64,000 nt of DNA, taken from NCBI GenBank assembly GCA_038087875.1, contig CM075989.1, forward strand, positions 21,082,001 to 21,146,000. Reading direction: 5' to 3'. Position 1 is the stretch's first letter; each line of letters starts with the position of its first letter. The notes under the pieces are model-generated. The model searched no databases. It was given only the letters and a program-made list of their open reading frames with translations, and was not told the DNA's origin. Source of the DNA: Malacoraja senta. Its lineage: Eukaryota. Positions 1-13,006 of this stretch are shown here, piece by piece. Position numbers and translations under genes: made by a program.

Positions 1-2520
1 TCAAAATCAGTACCCCGTTCCTGCTTTCCCCCCCATCTCCCTTGATTCCCTTGGCCCTAAGAGCTAAATCTAACTCTCTTGAAAATAAAAGTGCTAATAA
101 TCATGCTAAATATTTTCAAACACCAGGATTTATCAGGAAATATCACAGACCACAAACATGTTCCAGAGACTGACTTAAAAAGCCATTTGCTCCGTGTATT
201 TAATCAAAAATGTCCACTCCACAGCATGTTGGCTTCAAGGTCTTTGTACTGATCTAAGAGAGAGTAAAACCATTCGACTTCTTGTTTGCAGTTGAAATTG
301 TGTACATTGTGTTGCAAAAATAAAACCTATTATAGTTATGGGAGAGTTTTTTAAAAGAACAAGACTATGCAGACAAACTTGATCTCAAAATATTTTTTAT
401 TTCGGACAAACTCAGTGTTGCACCTTCAGTATTTCAATTATGCTTTGGTGATACATTCTTCAAAGAACCTTGATGGAATGTGCCTGCTTTAACTTGCCCC
501 TGTTGTACACCCTATGTACTTTGGCTAATTAAACCTAGTGCTTTTGAGAGCTTAAGACTGAAAGCTTACCGTAATATTGCCAACGGTTTAGTCAATGCCT
601 CATGCAAAAGAAATTCGTGCTCAGGTAAGAAAGATTTGCAAACTAACAACGCAAATTGTGACTTGGAACTTGGAATTTTGCAGCGAGGACTAAAAATTGT
701 TCCCCTCAAGAACTATTCAGTTATTCCGAATTTAAAAAAAAATAGTACATCTGTGCTTCAATGCAAATAAAATGGTGATTAATATATAAAATGCACTGCC
801 TCGACTGTGTGCTTTATATATTGTTATTTTCATAAGTAAGTGCTTATGTTGTGTTAGATGCTGATCAACAAAGGAGCAGTCTTCACTTGTAACCTCTCCT
901 AGCTCCAGTCTGGAACATGACACATGCCAACCAATGATAAATGGTTCTGTAGGATGTGTAATTTCAAATGCAATGCCCTTGAGATCTTGAAACCCTTTCT
1001 CACAAATGCTTCTATGGGACCAAACCCAGGAAGCTGCTGGGTTTTTTTTGTGTGTTTTGATAAGAAACAAAAAAAAAGATGAAATGAATAAAAAGTTGCC
1101 TTTGCCGATAATTTATTTTATTTTAAAAAAAAACTAATGTCCCTTTTTTTTTAAACGGGAAACTTGATCAGACTTATTTTTTTCTATGTCGTTCTTTAAT
1201 CGAATGCTGCAGTTTAGTGAAGCGTTAAATAACACCTGATATTAAATGTTTAAAGATGTTACTTAACAGTTTAATGAATGTGAATTTTAATTGATACCTT
1301 CAATACAAATATTGCTCAGCTTTCAAATGCACACCTGTAATTTGCATTACAGATTAATAGACAGGGTTCTCCTTCAGCGGGGGGGAAGTGTCAGATGACT
1401 ATTTATTTGTGTGTTCTAAATAGATATGTTGACACATCAAAGATTGCAGATTAAGATACAAATTCTGTGCTGCCGTGACATTGCTTTTCGCCAGCATGGT
1501 TAATAAACAACCGCTGTCTTCCGGAGCATGAAATGGGTCTAAACTGCTCCTTTAGTCGGCGGTGTAACTAGTGTTAAATCAAAGAATGCAGTGTGACATT
1601 AAATGGTTTAAGTAATGCAGGCATTTCCTTTTTAACGGGAATATGGAAAGTGTAGATTAGTAATAGTGATCGGGTGCACCGTGACAGCTCGCTGGAGCCT
1701 GTGTTGTCTCCACTGCATTGTTTCTCATTTGCAGCTATTTGCATGCCAATTATTTTAAAACAAATATTGGGTTCCAGTTTTTTTTTTTACTTGACAAATA
1801 GTCTGCAGGGTTTTAATTGGATCCAACCAGTTGCAAGAGCTATGAGAGTTAGAACGGAGACAGATGATGCCTTCACGAGAAGCTGCAGGGTGCTTTCAGA
1901 AGACTTACCAATTACTACATTATCTGTAATGCACTCTAAATTTTCTAAACACAGCGCCCAAAATACTGTACAAGCCACAGGCAAAGGGGAAGGCGACATC
2001 CCGCTGTGCGTTAAAAAGAGATTTCATTGTGGGCGGATTCCATTTCTTCTTATCTGCTTGTTCTATTAATTATCGTCTTTGACTGATGATTTCAGCCCGG
2101 TTATGAAAAATGTAAGCTGAACGCTTAAAACCAGTATAAAAGTACAGCGCGCGTCTGCTGGTAATTCGGGGGCCTGTTTGTGTACGGCATCTTTCAATCA
2201 GTCAATAAGACAATGTCAGCACGTGGACTTTCAACACTTTCTGAGAACAAGTGCATCGTTTGTATTTTCTTTTAACTTACAAATTTAGCGCAATCTTTCC
2301 GTGGCATTGCATGGCTTTGGGTACGAGATTACTGCCATCATGCCTGCAAGTAGACGCAGCCAAGAACAAATAGTGTGAACCAATTCTAGTCCAAGTTCAA
2401 TTTCACCTAAAGAATCTGATATAAGTACGGTTTGTGACGACATTCTGAATCTGTGTCGCCAACAGTAGTCATTTTCCTATGTGTTTACAATTTATTCACA
2501 AGCTCGGACGAGAGCATGGT

Positions 2521-2815
2521 TGGCACGGTTGTGCAGCTGGTAGAGCTGCTGCCTCACGGCGCCAGAGACCCAGGTTCGATCCTGACATCGGCTGCTGCCT
2601 GTGTGGAGTTTGCACATTCTCCCTGCGACTGCGTTGGTTTTCTCTGGGTGCTCTGGTCTCCTCCCAAATCCCAAAGACGTGTGGGTTTACAGGTTAATTG
2701 GCATCTGTAAAATTACCCCCAAGGTGTTGGGAGTGGATGAGAAAGTGGTTAGCACAGAACGGGTGATTGCTGGTCGGTGTGGGCCGAAGGGCCTGTTTGC
2801 ATGCTGTATCTTTCA
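2521..2815 (+). mobile_element. HE1-like tRNA-derived SINE
   Basis: A box, B box GGTTCGATCC, central GGAGTTTGCACATTCTCCC domain, CR1-derived tail. Confidence 0.88.
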
Positions 2816-3351
2816 TTCAAGACGCTGCATATCCTTGGGTACATTACTATGGAGAGGAGGGGTTGTGATTGAAGCTCTCTGGTTCCTGTAAAAGAGCAGA
2901 AGAAATTCCTCTGCTCACTTTTATTTTGGGAACCTTCCCACAATTGATTTCAAAAATCCACACAATCCACACAATATCACCAGCGCAGAACAAAGATTGT
3001 TCTGGCACTCCCAGTTATGGAGTTGCATTTCTGGGAGGGGCAGTTGATAGAAGACATTTTATGATTTGTTTTCCTCTAAAATAAATAGACAGAATATCAC
3101 GGGTCAATGCATCAAACTCACTTGGTGCTGCATTTCCTACTGTGATTTTGGGAGCGTATAATGAATCTACCGTCGACACAGCAGTACTAAGCCAGATGTT
3201 GTATTTGCTAACGATAACTTGCATTCATATAGCGCCTTTAACGATAGCGAATGCCCCGCAGGTTCTTGGTGACGAGATTGACACTGGAAAGAGACTTGTT
3301 TACAGACCTGTTATGCTGTTATCACAATGTTTAAAGAAACATTTGAACATT

Positions 3352-3608
3352 AGACTTTAGAGATACAACGCAGAAACAGGCCCTTGGGCCCACTGAGTCC
3401 GCGCCGAACCAATGATCAACCCGTGCACTAACACTATCCCACACACCAGTTACAATTTTACCGAAGCCAATTAACCTACAAACCACATTGGAGTGTGGGA
3501 GAAAACCGGAGCGCCCGGAGAAAACCCACGCAGGTCACGGGGAGAACGTACAAACTCCGTACCCGTAGTCAGGATCGAACCCGGGTCTCTGTCGCTGTAA
3601 GGCAGCCC
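3352..3608 (-). mobile_element. HE1-like SINE, 5'-truncated
   Basis: B box, central domain and tail on the minus strand. Confidence 0.88.
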
Positions 3609-3957
3609 CATGGACTGTTACATAGATAAGACAGGTTTAAAGGGATACGGGCCAAATGCAGGCAGGTGGGACTAGTGTAGATGGGGCATCTTGGTCGGTG
3701 TGGGCAAGTTGGGTTGAAGGACCTGTTTCCACACTGTATGACTGTATGCTACAAATAAGAATTTAATTGTACTGTTTTTGTACATATGACAAGTAAACAC
3801 TCTTGACTTCCGATGGGTTATTTAAATCTTGCTCACATTGGTAGATAAAATGTATAATGTCACAAATATAAAGTCTGGATCATCCGCAGCACCTCCAGTA
3901 GTATCAAGAGTTGGACACGTGCCTGATTTGTAGTGATTCCATTTTCTAGTCAGCAAC

Positions 3958-4315
3958 GTATAATGAAAGGCCTGGATAGAGTGGAGGTGGAGAGGATGTT
4001 TCCACTGGTGGGAGAGTCTAGGACCAGAGACCATAGCCTCAGAATAAAAGAATGTACCTTTAGAAGGAAGATGAGGAGGAATTTCTTTAGTCGGAGGGTG
4101 GTGAATCTGTGGAACTCATTGCCACAGATGGCTGTGGAGGCCAATGGGTATTTTAAGGCGGAGATTGACAGATTCTTGATTAGTACGGGTGTCAGGGGTT
4201 ATGGGGCGAAGGCAGGAGAATGGGATTGAGAGGGAAAGATAGATCAGCCATGGTTGAATGGCGGAGTAGACTTGATGGGCCGAATGGCTTAATTGTGCTC
4301 CAAGAATGTATGAAT
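3958..4315 (+). mobile_element. CR1 3' fragment (neighbouring CR1 tails at 1-82, 3615-3750, 4490-4880)
   Basis: KGLDRV..MFPLVGESRTR..RVVNLWNSLP. Confidence 0.9.
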
Positions 4316-5688
4316 GTCCACGATGTCCCCTGCTCCCAATTCTCTGATCTTTGCTCCTTTTGAAGCGAGACCTTGCTCTGATTGCAAGCTCACTGCTTCA
4401 AGGCTCAGAAGCACGTTACTGCTGTACATGTTTCAGCTGATTTTAAAAAATACGTAATTTTGATGGAAAACAAGAAAGAATGTACTCAAAATATGGAGGG
4501 CAGAGCTTTAAGGTGCGAGGGACAACATTTAAAGGAAATGCGTGGGGCTGTTTTTTCTTACGCAGAGGGGGGTAAGTGCCTGGAATTTGCTGCCAGGGAT
4601 GGTACTGGAGGCAGAGGTTAGGCTCGGAAGATTATGGGCCAAGCGCGGGCAGGTATCACTAATGTAGTGGGGGCGTGTTGGTCGACGTTGGCCAGTTGGG
4701 CCAAAGAGCTTGTTTCCATGCTGTATGATTCTGTGTCTCTATACAATAGTAGCATTTAAGATGATTTTTGGATAGGCACGTGGATATGGAGGGATATGTG
4801 CAGGAGGCTAAGATTCAGTTTTGGCGTTAAGTTTGGCATGGACATTGTGGGCCGAAGGGCCTGTTCCTGTACTGTTCGTAACCCACCTGATATTGGATAC
4901 AGTTATCTTCCTGCCTTGCACAGGAGATTGCCACTGTGAACAAATTAGAATATGATAAGGCAGGAACATAAAGATGAAAGAAAGTCCAGTAATAATATTT
5001 GAGTGGAATTTGAACAGGTATGTATATGAATGCAGGGTTAATGATCCTTTAATGCAGGTTTGTGTCACAAACTATGGGGGGGGAAACAAGAAATGCCCTC
5101 TACCCACCACCCAGTAACCTAACAGAAACTTCACACAAACACACTTTATTTTGTAAAAAATATTTGTTGTTTCTGCTTATCGCATATTGAGATTTTATTT
5201 CTTATCACAGTTCAATTTGTGATCTTTTTTTTGTGTGTCTGTGTGTGCAGATGAGTTGGTTGTGCAGCCTTAGCATGATTAAGTAACAGGTTCTTTTCCG
5301 CTTTTCTGCAGGTAATCGATGTTTTTTTTGCAAAGTGAGTTCAAAACCATAAATCTCCAAACACAAATCTGATTTCTGGGAGATAACTTTGCAAGTTTTA
5401 TTTAGGGATTTTCTTTTACAGAAATGAGCTAATTTGATTCGGCAAGTGAGGCAGACAATCCTGGTCATGTGGCAAACTGGCTTTTTAAATAGTCGTCTGT
5501 GAGTTTTGCAAATAATTTTTAATATTAAGGGCCCTATTTTTTTTTAATTGGCTGCATTGACGGGAATTTGAAGTTGAGAAAACTCGTGAATTATACACTG
5601 TTTAAACAGTGCATATTCAAAGAGATTACTATATTGCACTACATCCCTGGATTCGCAAACTTCATGGAAGAAACGTCGCTTTTTGATA

Positions 5689-5996
5689 CAGTGCCGTGGT
5701 GCAGCGGTAGAGTTGCTGCCTCGCAGCGCCAGAGACACAGGTTCAATCCCGACTACGGTTGCTGTGTGCACGGAGTTTGTACGTTCTCCCCGTGACCTGC
5801 GTGGGTTTTCTCCGAGATCTTTGGTTTCCTCCCACACTCCAAAGACGTACAGGTTTGTAGGTTAATTGGCTTGGTATAAGTGTAAATTGTCCCTAGTGTG
5901 TGTGGGATAGTGCAAGTGTGCGGGGATCGCTGGCCGGTGCGGACTGGGAGGGCCAAAGGGCCTGTTTCCGCGCTGTATCTCTAAACTAAACTAAAC
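5689..5996 (+). mobile_element. HE1-like SINE, full length
   Basis: Pol III boxes and a (CTAAA)n tail. Confidence 0.92.
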
Positions 5997-6499
5997 TCAT
6001 GATAAAAGTGCAGTGCTGAAGTATTAGATGCTATCTATATGCGAATGGAGAGGCCACCCATGATTGGTTGAATTAATGCTGTGTATGGGTGAATAAGCAT
6101 CACTGTCATCTGATGATTTACTTTTGGGTCAAAAAATGCATTGTGAATGATCTCAATTGGTAACAAACTGAATTGGTCACAAATCTTGAAATCGTGGCCA
6201 ATAGAGAATGCATGAAAACTCTCCTGTTTAATTTTAAACAAATGGATCATTGTAAGGCAGTAATAAAACAAATACTGCTGACTGCCTTGGGGCAGTACCC
6301 TGTCCCTTAGGCTATCCAAGTGACCTTGTCCATAATAATGCCTGCAGCCTTCTGCTACAAGCTATCTCTGCAGTCTTCAGGCTAATATATCACTGAAGAA
6401 CTGCCTCTCTCTCCACAATTTCATTTTAAGCACATTGCAGAATGTTGCCCAAAACAAAAATTGGCACCGCCATTTTTAAAAGTAAATATATAACCCACT

Positions 6500-6862
6500 A
6501 AAAATCATGAGATGAAAAGATCGGGTAGACACACAGTCTCTTGCCCCCAGAGCAGGCGAATCGAGGACCAGAGGACATAGGTTTAAGATGAAGGGGAAAA
6601 AGATTTAATAAGAATCTGAGGGGTAACTTTTTCACACAAAGGGTGGTGGGTGTAAGGAACAAGCTGCCAGAGGAGGTAGTTGAAGCTGAGACTATTCCAA
6701 TGTTTAAGAAACAGTTAGACAGGTACGTGGATAGGACAGGTTTGGAGGGATATGGGCCAAACGCGGGCAGGTGGGACTAGTGTAGCTGGGAAATGTTGGC
6801 CGGTGTGGGCAGGTTGGGTCGAAGGGCCTGTTTCCACACTGTATCACTCTATGATTCTATGA
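6500..6862 (+). mobile_element. CR1 3' fragment abutting the HMGN retrocopy
   Basis: SRTRGHRFK..FFTQRVV..LPEEVV and the HER1-type tail GAAGGGCCTGTTTCC...CTATGATTCTATGA. Confidence 0.9.
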
Positions 6863-7130
6863 CCAGCAAAAGGAAAAAAATGAGCTAAAGACAAAGAAGA
6901 GACTAACCAAGAGGATGCAAAAGAAGAAACTCCCTCTGAGAATGGAGAAGCCAAAAACGACAAGGCACAGTCCACTGAAAGCTGTGAAGAAAAAGAGTAG
7001 CTGCATCTGCCTGTCATCCATGCCTCCGTACTGTATTGTTCCAGAGAGGAATATTTTTATCAACTATTTTATAAATACATGTATTTTTTAGCATGAATTT
7101 AATTATGGAAACACCCACATCTCAAGATTA
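6863..7130 (+). pseudogene. HMGN: HMGN (HMG-14/HMG-14A-like) processed pseudogene, 5'-truncated
   Basis: 6863-7000 translates to PAKGKK*AKDKEETNQEDAKEETPSENGEAKNDKAQSTESCEEKE*, matching the HMGN C-terminal half (KGKKGAKGK...ENG). It has no intron and an in-frame TGA at 6881. It is followed by GAGGAATATTTTTATCAACTATTTT, which I recall as a conserved HMGN 3' UTR block. Confidence 0.85.
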
Positions 7131-7539
7131 TTTGGGGGTTTGAAACCCTAAAGAATCATTGTTTTAAAATTGTGATTGTTGTAGTTAGTATGATATGTGG
7201 GACAAGTAAATGGTGGTAGTTATTGACTTCTGTCAATGTTTGTCTTGTGTCATCCTCAAAAAAAAAAGTCTAGAAATTCTTTTCCACAGCATCTCGGCCT
7301 CCATACCCAGTTAGCGATCGCAGTGCTGCAAAGGGTCCAACTGTTGTCTCACAGCTCCAGTGTCAATTGTAAATTGTCCCCAGTGTGTTGGATCATACTA
7401 GTGTACAGGGATCGCTGGTCGGGTTGGCCACAGTGGGCTGAAGGGCCTGTTTCCATGCTGCATCTCTAAACTAAGCTACAGTAGTCCCATTGGATTTCCT
7501 ACACACAATATACAGCGGCGTATCAACCCACATATCTTT

Positions 7540-8000
7540 GGGATGTCGGAGGCAAGATTGAACAGACTAGGCTTGTATTCACTGGAGTTGAGAAGGATGA
7601 GGGGATATCTTATAGAAACATATAAAATTATAAAAGGACTGGACAAGCTAGATGCAGGAAAAATGTTCCCAATGTTGGGCGAGTCCAGAACCAGGGGCCA
7701 CAGTCTTAGAATAAAGGGGAGGCCATTTAAAACTGAGGTGAGAAAAAACGTTTTCATCCAGAGAGTTGTGAATTTATGGAATTCCCTGCCACAGAGGGCA
7801 GCGGAGGCCAAATCACTGGATGGATTTAAGAGAGAGTTAGATAGAGCTCTAGGGGCTGGTGGAATCAAGGGATATGGGGAGAAGGCAGGCATGGGTTATT
7901 GATTGGGGATGATCAGCCATGATCACAATAAATGGCGGTGCTAGCTCGAAGGGCCGAATGGCCTCCTCCTGCGCCTATTTTCTATGTTTCTATGTTTCTA
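7540..8000 (+). mobile_element. CR1 3' fragment (same subfamily at 27169-27565)
   Basis: ORF 7543-7902 is the CR1 ORF2 C-terminus, followed by a TTCTATGT tail. Confidence 0.92.
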
Positions 8001-9124
8001 GGAAACTGGAGCACCCAGAGGAATTCCAAATCCTCAGAGGGAAAAGGTACAAACTCCACATGCACAGGATCTAGATTGAAGCCAGACTGATGGAGCTGTG
8101 GGGCATTTTGACCAGCTGTGCCATCGTGCCACTCTCAGTTAAAAAAATTGCATTTCAAGAAATAAAATGTATTCACAAAGATGGAAGAACACAGACTTTC
8201 ATTGGGCTGAAGTTAGGATTGGGGCTACGGTTAGCACAGTGTGAAATCAGCAACTGGTGCATACGCCTATCCAATGCCAAGCACCCAAAATTAATGCAGA
8301 AAAGTAACACAGAAAGCCAACGCTGGATATTGGCACACTGGTACTCCATTGAGATTGCTGTTGAGTCATAGTCATTAGAGTCATACAGAGTGGAAACAGG
8401 CCCTTCGGCCCAACTTGCCCACACCGGCCAACATGTCCCATCTACACTAGTCGCACTTGCCTGCATTTGGCCCATATCCCTCCAACCTATTGGCATGGTG
8501 GTGCAGCGACAGAGACCCGGGCTCGATCGCGACCGTAGGCGCCGTCCGTACGGAGTCTGCACGCACACCCCGGGACCATGTGGGCCCACCCCCCCCCGGC
8601 GTTCTGGCCTCCTCACACGTACCAAAGACGTCCATGCCATGATATTGAAGCATATCTGGCACATTCTGGGTAAGGCCCAAAAATTCCAGAAGGGATCTTT
8701 GGGTGAATATTGTGCCAATCGGTTTCTCTTCTCTGAACTCTGAACTCGTTTCCAAAGGTGTTCAGCAGACCCATCAACATTAAAGAATGCACAGAGAACT
8801 ACTGTTGAATTGAATGGACCAAGTCTTTTTCCCAGGTTTAAGGTGAGAGGGGAAAATTTATTCAGAACCTGAGGGGCAACATTTTCTGCACACAGCGTGG
8901 TGTTGTATGTTGAACGAGCTGCCAGAGGAGGTAGTTGAGGCAGGCACTACAATAATATTTACAAGACACTTGGACAGGTACATGGATAGCAAAGGTTTAG
9001 AGGGATATGGGCCAAATGCAGGCAAATGGGACTAACTTAGATGGGGCATTTTGGTCGGCACGGACGAGTTGGGCAGAAGGGCCTGTTTCCATGCTGTAGG
9101 GCTCTGACACGATGAGACTATACA

Positions 9125-9325
9125 AAGGTAGACAAAAATGGTGGAGAAACTCAGCGGGTGAGGCAGCATCTATGGAGCGGAATAGGTGACGTTTCGGGTC
9201 GAAACCCTTCTTCAGACTGATGTGGGGGTGGGGGCTGTGTGAGAGCTGGGAAGGGGAGGGGAAAGAGGGAGAAAGCAAGGACTACCTGAAATTGGAGGTC
9301 AATATTCATACTGCTGGGGTGTAGC
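9125..9325 (-). mobile_element. Penelope-like 3' fragment with an intact hammerhead-type core (9188-9215)
   Basis: The minus strand reads ...CCCCAGCAGTATGAATATTGAC... and later CTGAAGA-A-GGGTTTCGACCC-GAAACGTC. Confidence 0.8.
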
Positions 9326-12155
9326 TATACACCTCATTTATTCACTGGTATTGATTTTGGATGAATAGCCACGTTCATATTGAATGGCGGTGCTGGCTTG
9401 AAAGGCCGAATGGCCTACCCCTGCACCTATTTTCTATGCTTCTATGTTTCTACCTCTGCAATCTGATGGTGAACGGCTCTGACTGAAAGATAAATTGGTT
9501 ATTGCTCGTAAGGATGGGCTTGTAGTCCTAGCTTTATTCTAATAGAAGAAAGCAGGCTTTATTAATAACTGGATTTAAAAATGGCTGCCATACACTTAAT
9601 GCAGGAGATGAACTTACTGTAAACGCCAGTGTTTTGTGTAACGTGTGCAACTTTTAGATTTCAAATCAAAAAAAAAAAATACAGGTTGGAAACAGGCCGG
9701 GGATTTTCTTGGTTGAATTTCTATAAGCTTGCTTCTGTTCTGTCCCTAACAAGAAGTTGATAGCTGAACCAATCGAGATATGTAAGAATCAGCGATGGAT
9801 TTTCCAGTGTTACAGCAAACTCGCAAGATAAATGACTTTTATAGGTTAAGCAATTAGAGACTTTCTAAAAGCTGCCGATAAAACGACTTCATCCAAGCAA
9901 TCCACCATCAGTGTCCATCCTAACATACCGAGCAAACACTCACTAGATTTGTTTCATTTAATTACAAGTCATTTTAAAAGAGAATTATTTTTTTTACACA
10001 CACACACACACACAAAAAAAAATCTAAGTCCGCAGTTGTACCTTTTTCAAGAGTGTGTTTTACTGGTTCCATTTATGGGGGGGGGGGGGGGGGGAGGTAG
10101 CATTTGGCAGTGCATCACTACATTGACAAAAAGAGAGAAAACAGCTGCAATTTTCTGCTTGAATATCTCACTGACTAAGTCCATTGATCATCCCTTCTGT
10201 TTGTGCGAGAGAGGTGTTTTTCTCTCTAATAACTCATACCTTCTCCTCTACTTTTGTTGTTGGCTGGGCCCCTCGCGCGATTCCTCAGAGAGCAGAGTAG
10301 ATTGAAGTTATTTTATGCTTGAGTTCCCCTGGTCCCAATTTTAAAATCTTCATGTCAATTTTCACACATCACTGTCGAGTACTGAATGTTATGGAATTTT
10401 CGGCAGGAGCTAGAGAGACAATTTACACATGACCTGGGCCGATCAGAGCACTCAACGCCGGGTGAAAGGTGAATGTGTAATTAATGTTGGTTTAGAGACA
10501 TGATGCCAGATTCTGCCCCCCAAAAAAACTAACCACTGTCAAATTATTCCATAGGAATATCAAGCTAAAATATCCTTCGGCAATTGCCCCTCTTCCCACA
10601 AGAGCTTGATTTTTTTTTGTTTGTTTAATGGAATCGTTGAAAGGATTGTTGTATTTTTTTAAATTTGGGGAGCTGCAAATATGCAAGCACTCAAAGACTT
10701 CAATGACATAATCTTAAAGAATTTATGATGTATTGAATGCTTTAACCCTTTGTTCTTCAGTGTGTATGTGAAGTGATCCACTTTTGCTGCAAGTATAATC
10801 AATCCTCATATGAATGATCCTACAGTATTTTGCCCTATGTTGGGAAAGCGTAATATCCACAAGGCTACTAATGCCACATTTATTGTGCTTGCTCACATTA
10901 TCCTCTCATTTTTATATGCCATTTGAATTTTTTCAGAGTTAATAATCTGTAATGTGAAATATATCGACTAACATAGATTGCTGGCCACAGTTTATATTAG
11001 TGCAATGTAATTGTCTGACAGCTGTGAGAATATGTGTTCCAGATTTTTTTTTTTAAACATCATGTTGAAATACTTCTTGAGATGATACGACCTTTGTTGT
11101 AACCTATTTTTTATAATTACCTCATTAATTGGGAACTATAATTGTTTACATCAATGCTTTCTTTTTAATATTCCACCTAGATATTGTTGTTATCGTTGTG
11201 CAAAAGATCTACAGTTGTGACCTGTGGGGAAAAAATGATATGTTCTCAATTTATTAGATTGGAAGCATGATTCATTTTTGTTTTACTGGGGTTTCAGGCG
11301 AGTGTGATCAATTGTACAATCAATCCCTTGATTAGGCATTAGAACGCCTATACATGAGTTTGATCTCTCTATCTTTGGTGACTGATGATGATATAGAGAT
11401 CAAATTATGTTTAAAAAAAAAAACTTTTATATAACTACAGATATGAGCAAGTGGTACATATTTCTGGTCAAATATAAGGTAACCATTTTTTTTGTGTATT
11501 GGCATTCTTTTCAAAAAATACGCTTATAACAAAGATGAAAGTATAAAGAGCGTTCTGTTAATGTTTTGTTAAGGATTGATCATGAGGGGGGGAAAAAAAA
11601 AGTCGTAATCAGAAAGTGAATCTGTCTCTTCGGGCCAGATTTGCCTGACTAGGGTTTTAAAGAACCATCGCAACAGTAAATCAATTTTTGACCCAAAGCC
11701 GGGGAATGGTGTGGGTATTGCATTTGTCACAGGGAATAAGAAGGACGGGAGAGTGGTTTTGGACGTAGAGTATGCAGGAGTGCCATCACTCACAGCAAGC
11801 ACAGATCAAAGCAGTAGATGTACTGTACGGTGACAATAAGTAGCTGCCAGGATATTATAGAGAGGTCCATGAGCATATTAGAGGGAGCTGTGGACCATCT
11901 CATTGAATTAGACCATGGGGACAGTTCATCACAATCTTTGGTCCTTGCCAACAGTCGCAACGAAGGCCATTACATTCCTCCAATCCTCCAACTAAATAGC
12001 ATTCAGCATTCTGGTTTCGGTTCATTATTGTCATGTGTACCGCAGTACAGTGAAAAGCCTTGCTTTGCATGCTGTTCGATCGAATCAGGTAACACTATAA
12101 ACAAATACAATCAGACTAATCTCAAGTACAATAAGTAGAGCTAAGGGTAAGATAG

Positions 12156-12457
12156 AGTTTAGTTTAGAGCTATAGCATGGATACAGGCCCTTCAGCCCAC
12201 TGAATCCGCACTGACCAGCGATCCCCACACATTAACACTATCCAACACACACACAAGGGGCAATTTTACATTTACACCAAGCCAATTAACTTACAAACCT
12301 GTACGTCTTTGGAGTGTGGGAGGAAACTGAAGATCCCGGAGAAAACCCACGGGGATAACGTACAAACTCCATACAGACAGCACCCGTAGTCAGGATCGAA
12401 CTGGGATCTCTGGCGCTGTGAGGCAGCAACTCTACCGCTGAGCCACCGTGCTGCCCT
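12156..12457 (-). mobile_element. HE1-like SINE, full length
   Basis: Colinear with the other copies. Confidence 0.92.
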
Positions 12458-12845
12458 GAGACCCGAATGTAGTTCTCGGGGTTGTATTGCAATGGTTCCA
12501 GAGGCAAAGACCAATGTCCATAATGAGGTAGAGGTGAAGCGGACAGTTCCCTAGCTTATGGAAAGAGTGTTCATAGGCCTGATTACAGGGGGGGGGGGGG
12601 AAGAAGCTGCCCATGGTCTGAATGGTGTGTGCTGAAGGGACTGTTTCCAAGCTGTATCTCGAAACTAAGCTAGATCGTGTAATGTGGAGGTAAATTCCAG
12701 CAGGGGATCCAAATTTAGTGTCGGACAATTCATGAGATATTGTGAACGATAGAGTGGATGGCTTTTATGGTCTCTAGAAAGCCATGTGAAATGGTTACTG
12801 TTGCTCCCTTTATTTCTCGTTGCACTGATGCGTGGTGATGTTAGT

Positions 12846-13006
12846 AGACAAAGATGCTGGAGAAACTCAGCGGATGAGGCAGCATCCCTCGACCCGAAAC
12901 GTCACCTATTTCCTTCGCTCCATAGATGCTGCCTCACCCGCTGAGTTTCTCCAGCATTTTTGTCTACCTTCGATTTTTCCAGCATCTGCAGTTCTCTCTT
13001 AAACAA
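12846..13006. mobile_element. Short Penelope-derived fold-back insertion
   Basis: Inverted terminal-repeat halves with a perfect 14-bp TSD GTGGTGATGTTAGT (12832-45 / 13007-20). Confidence 0.85.

Noticed and set aside
8173..8755. Overlapping 100-180 aa ORFs
   Set aside because: They run across a CR1 tail and the T-depleted SINE, where the loss of T removes stop codons.
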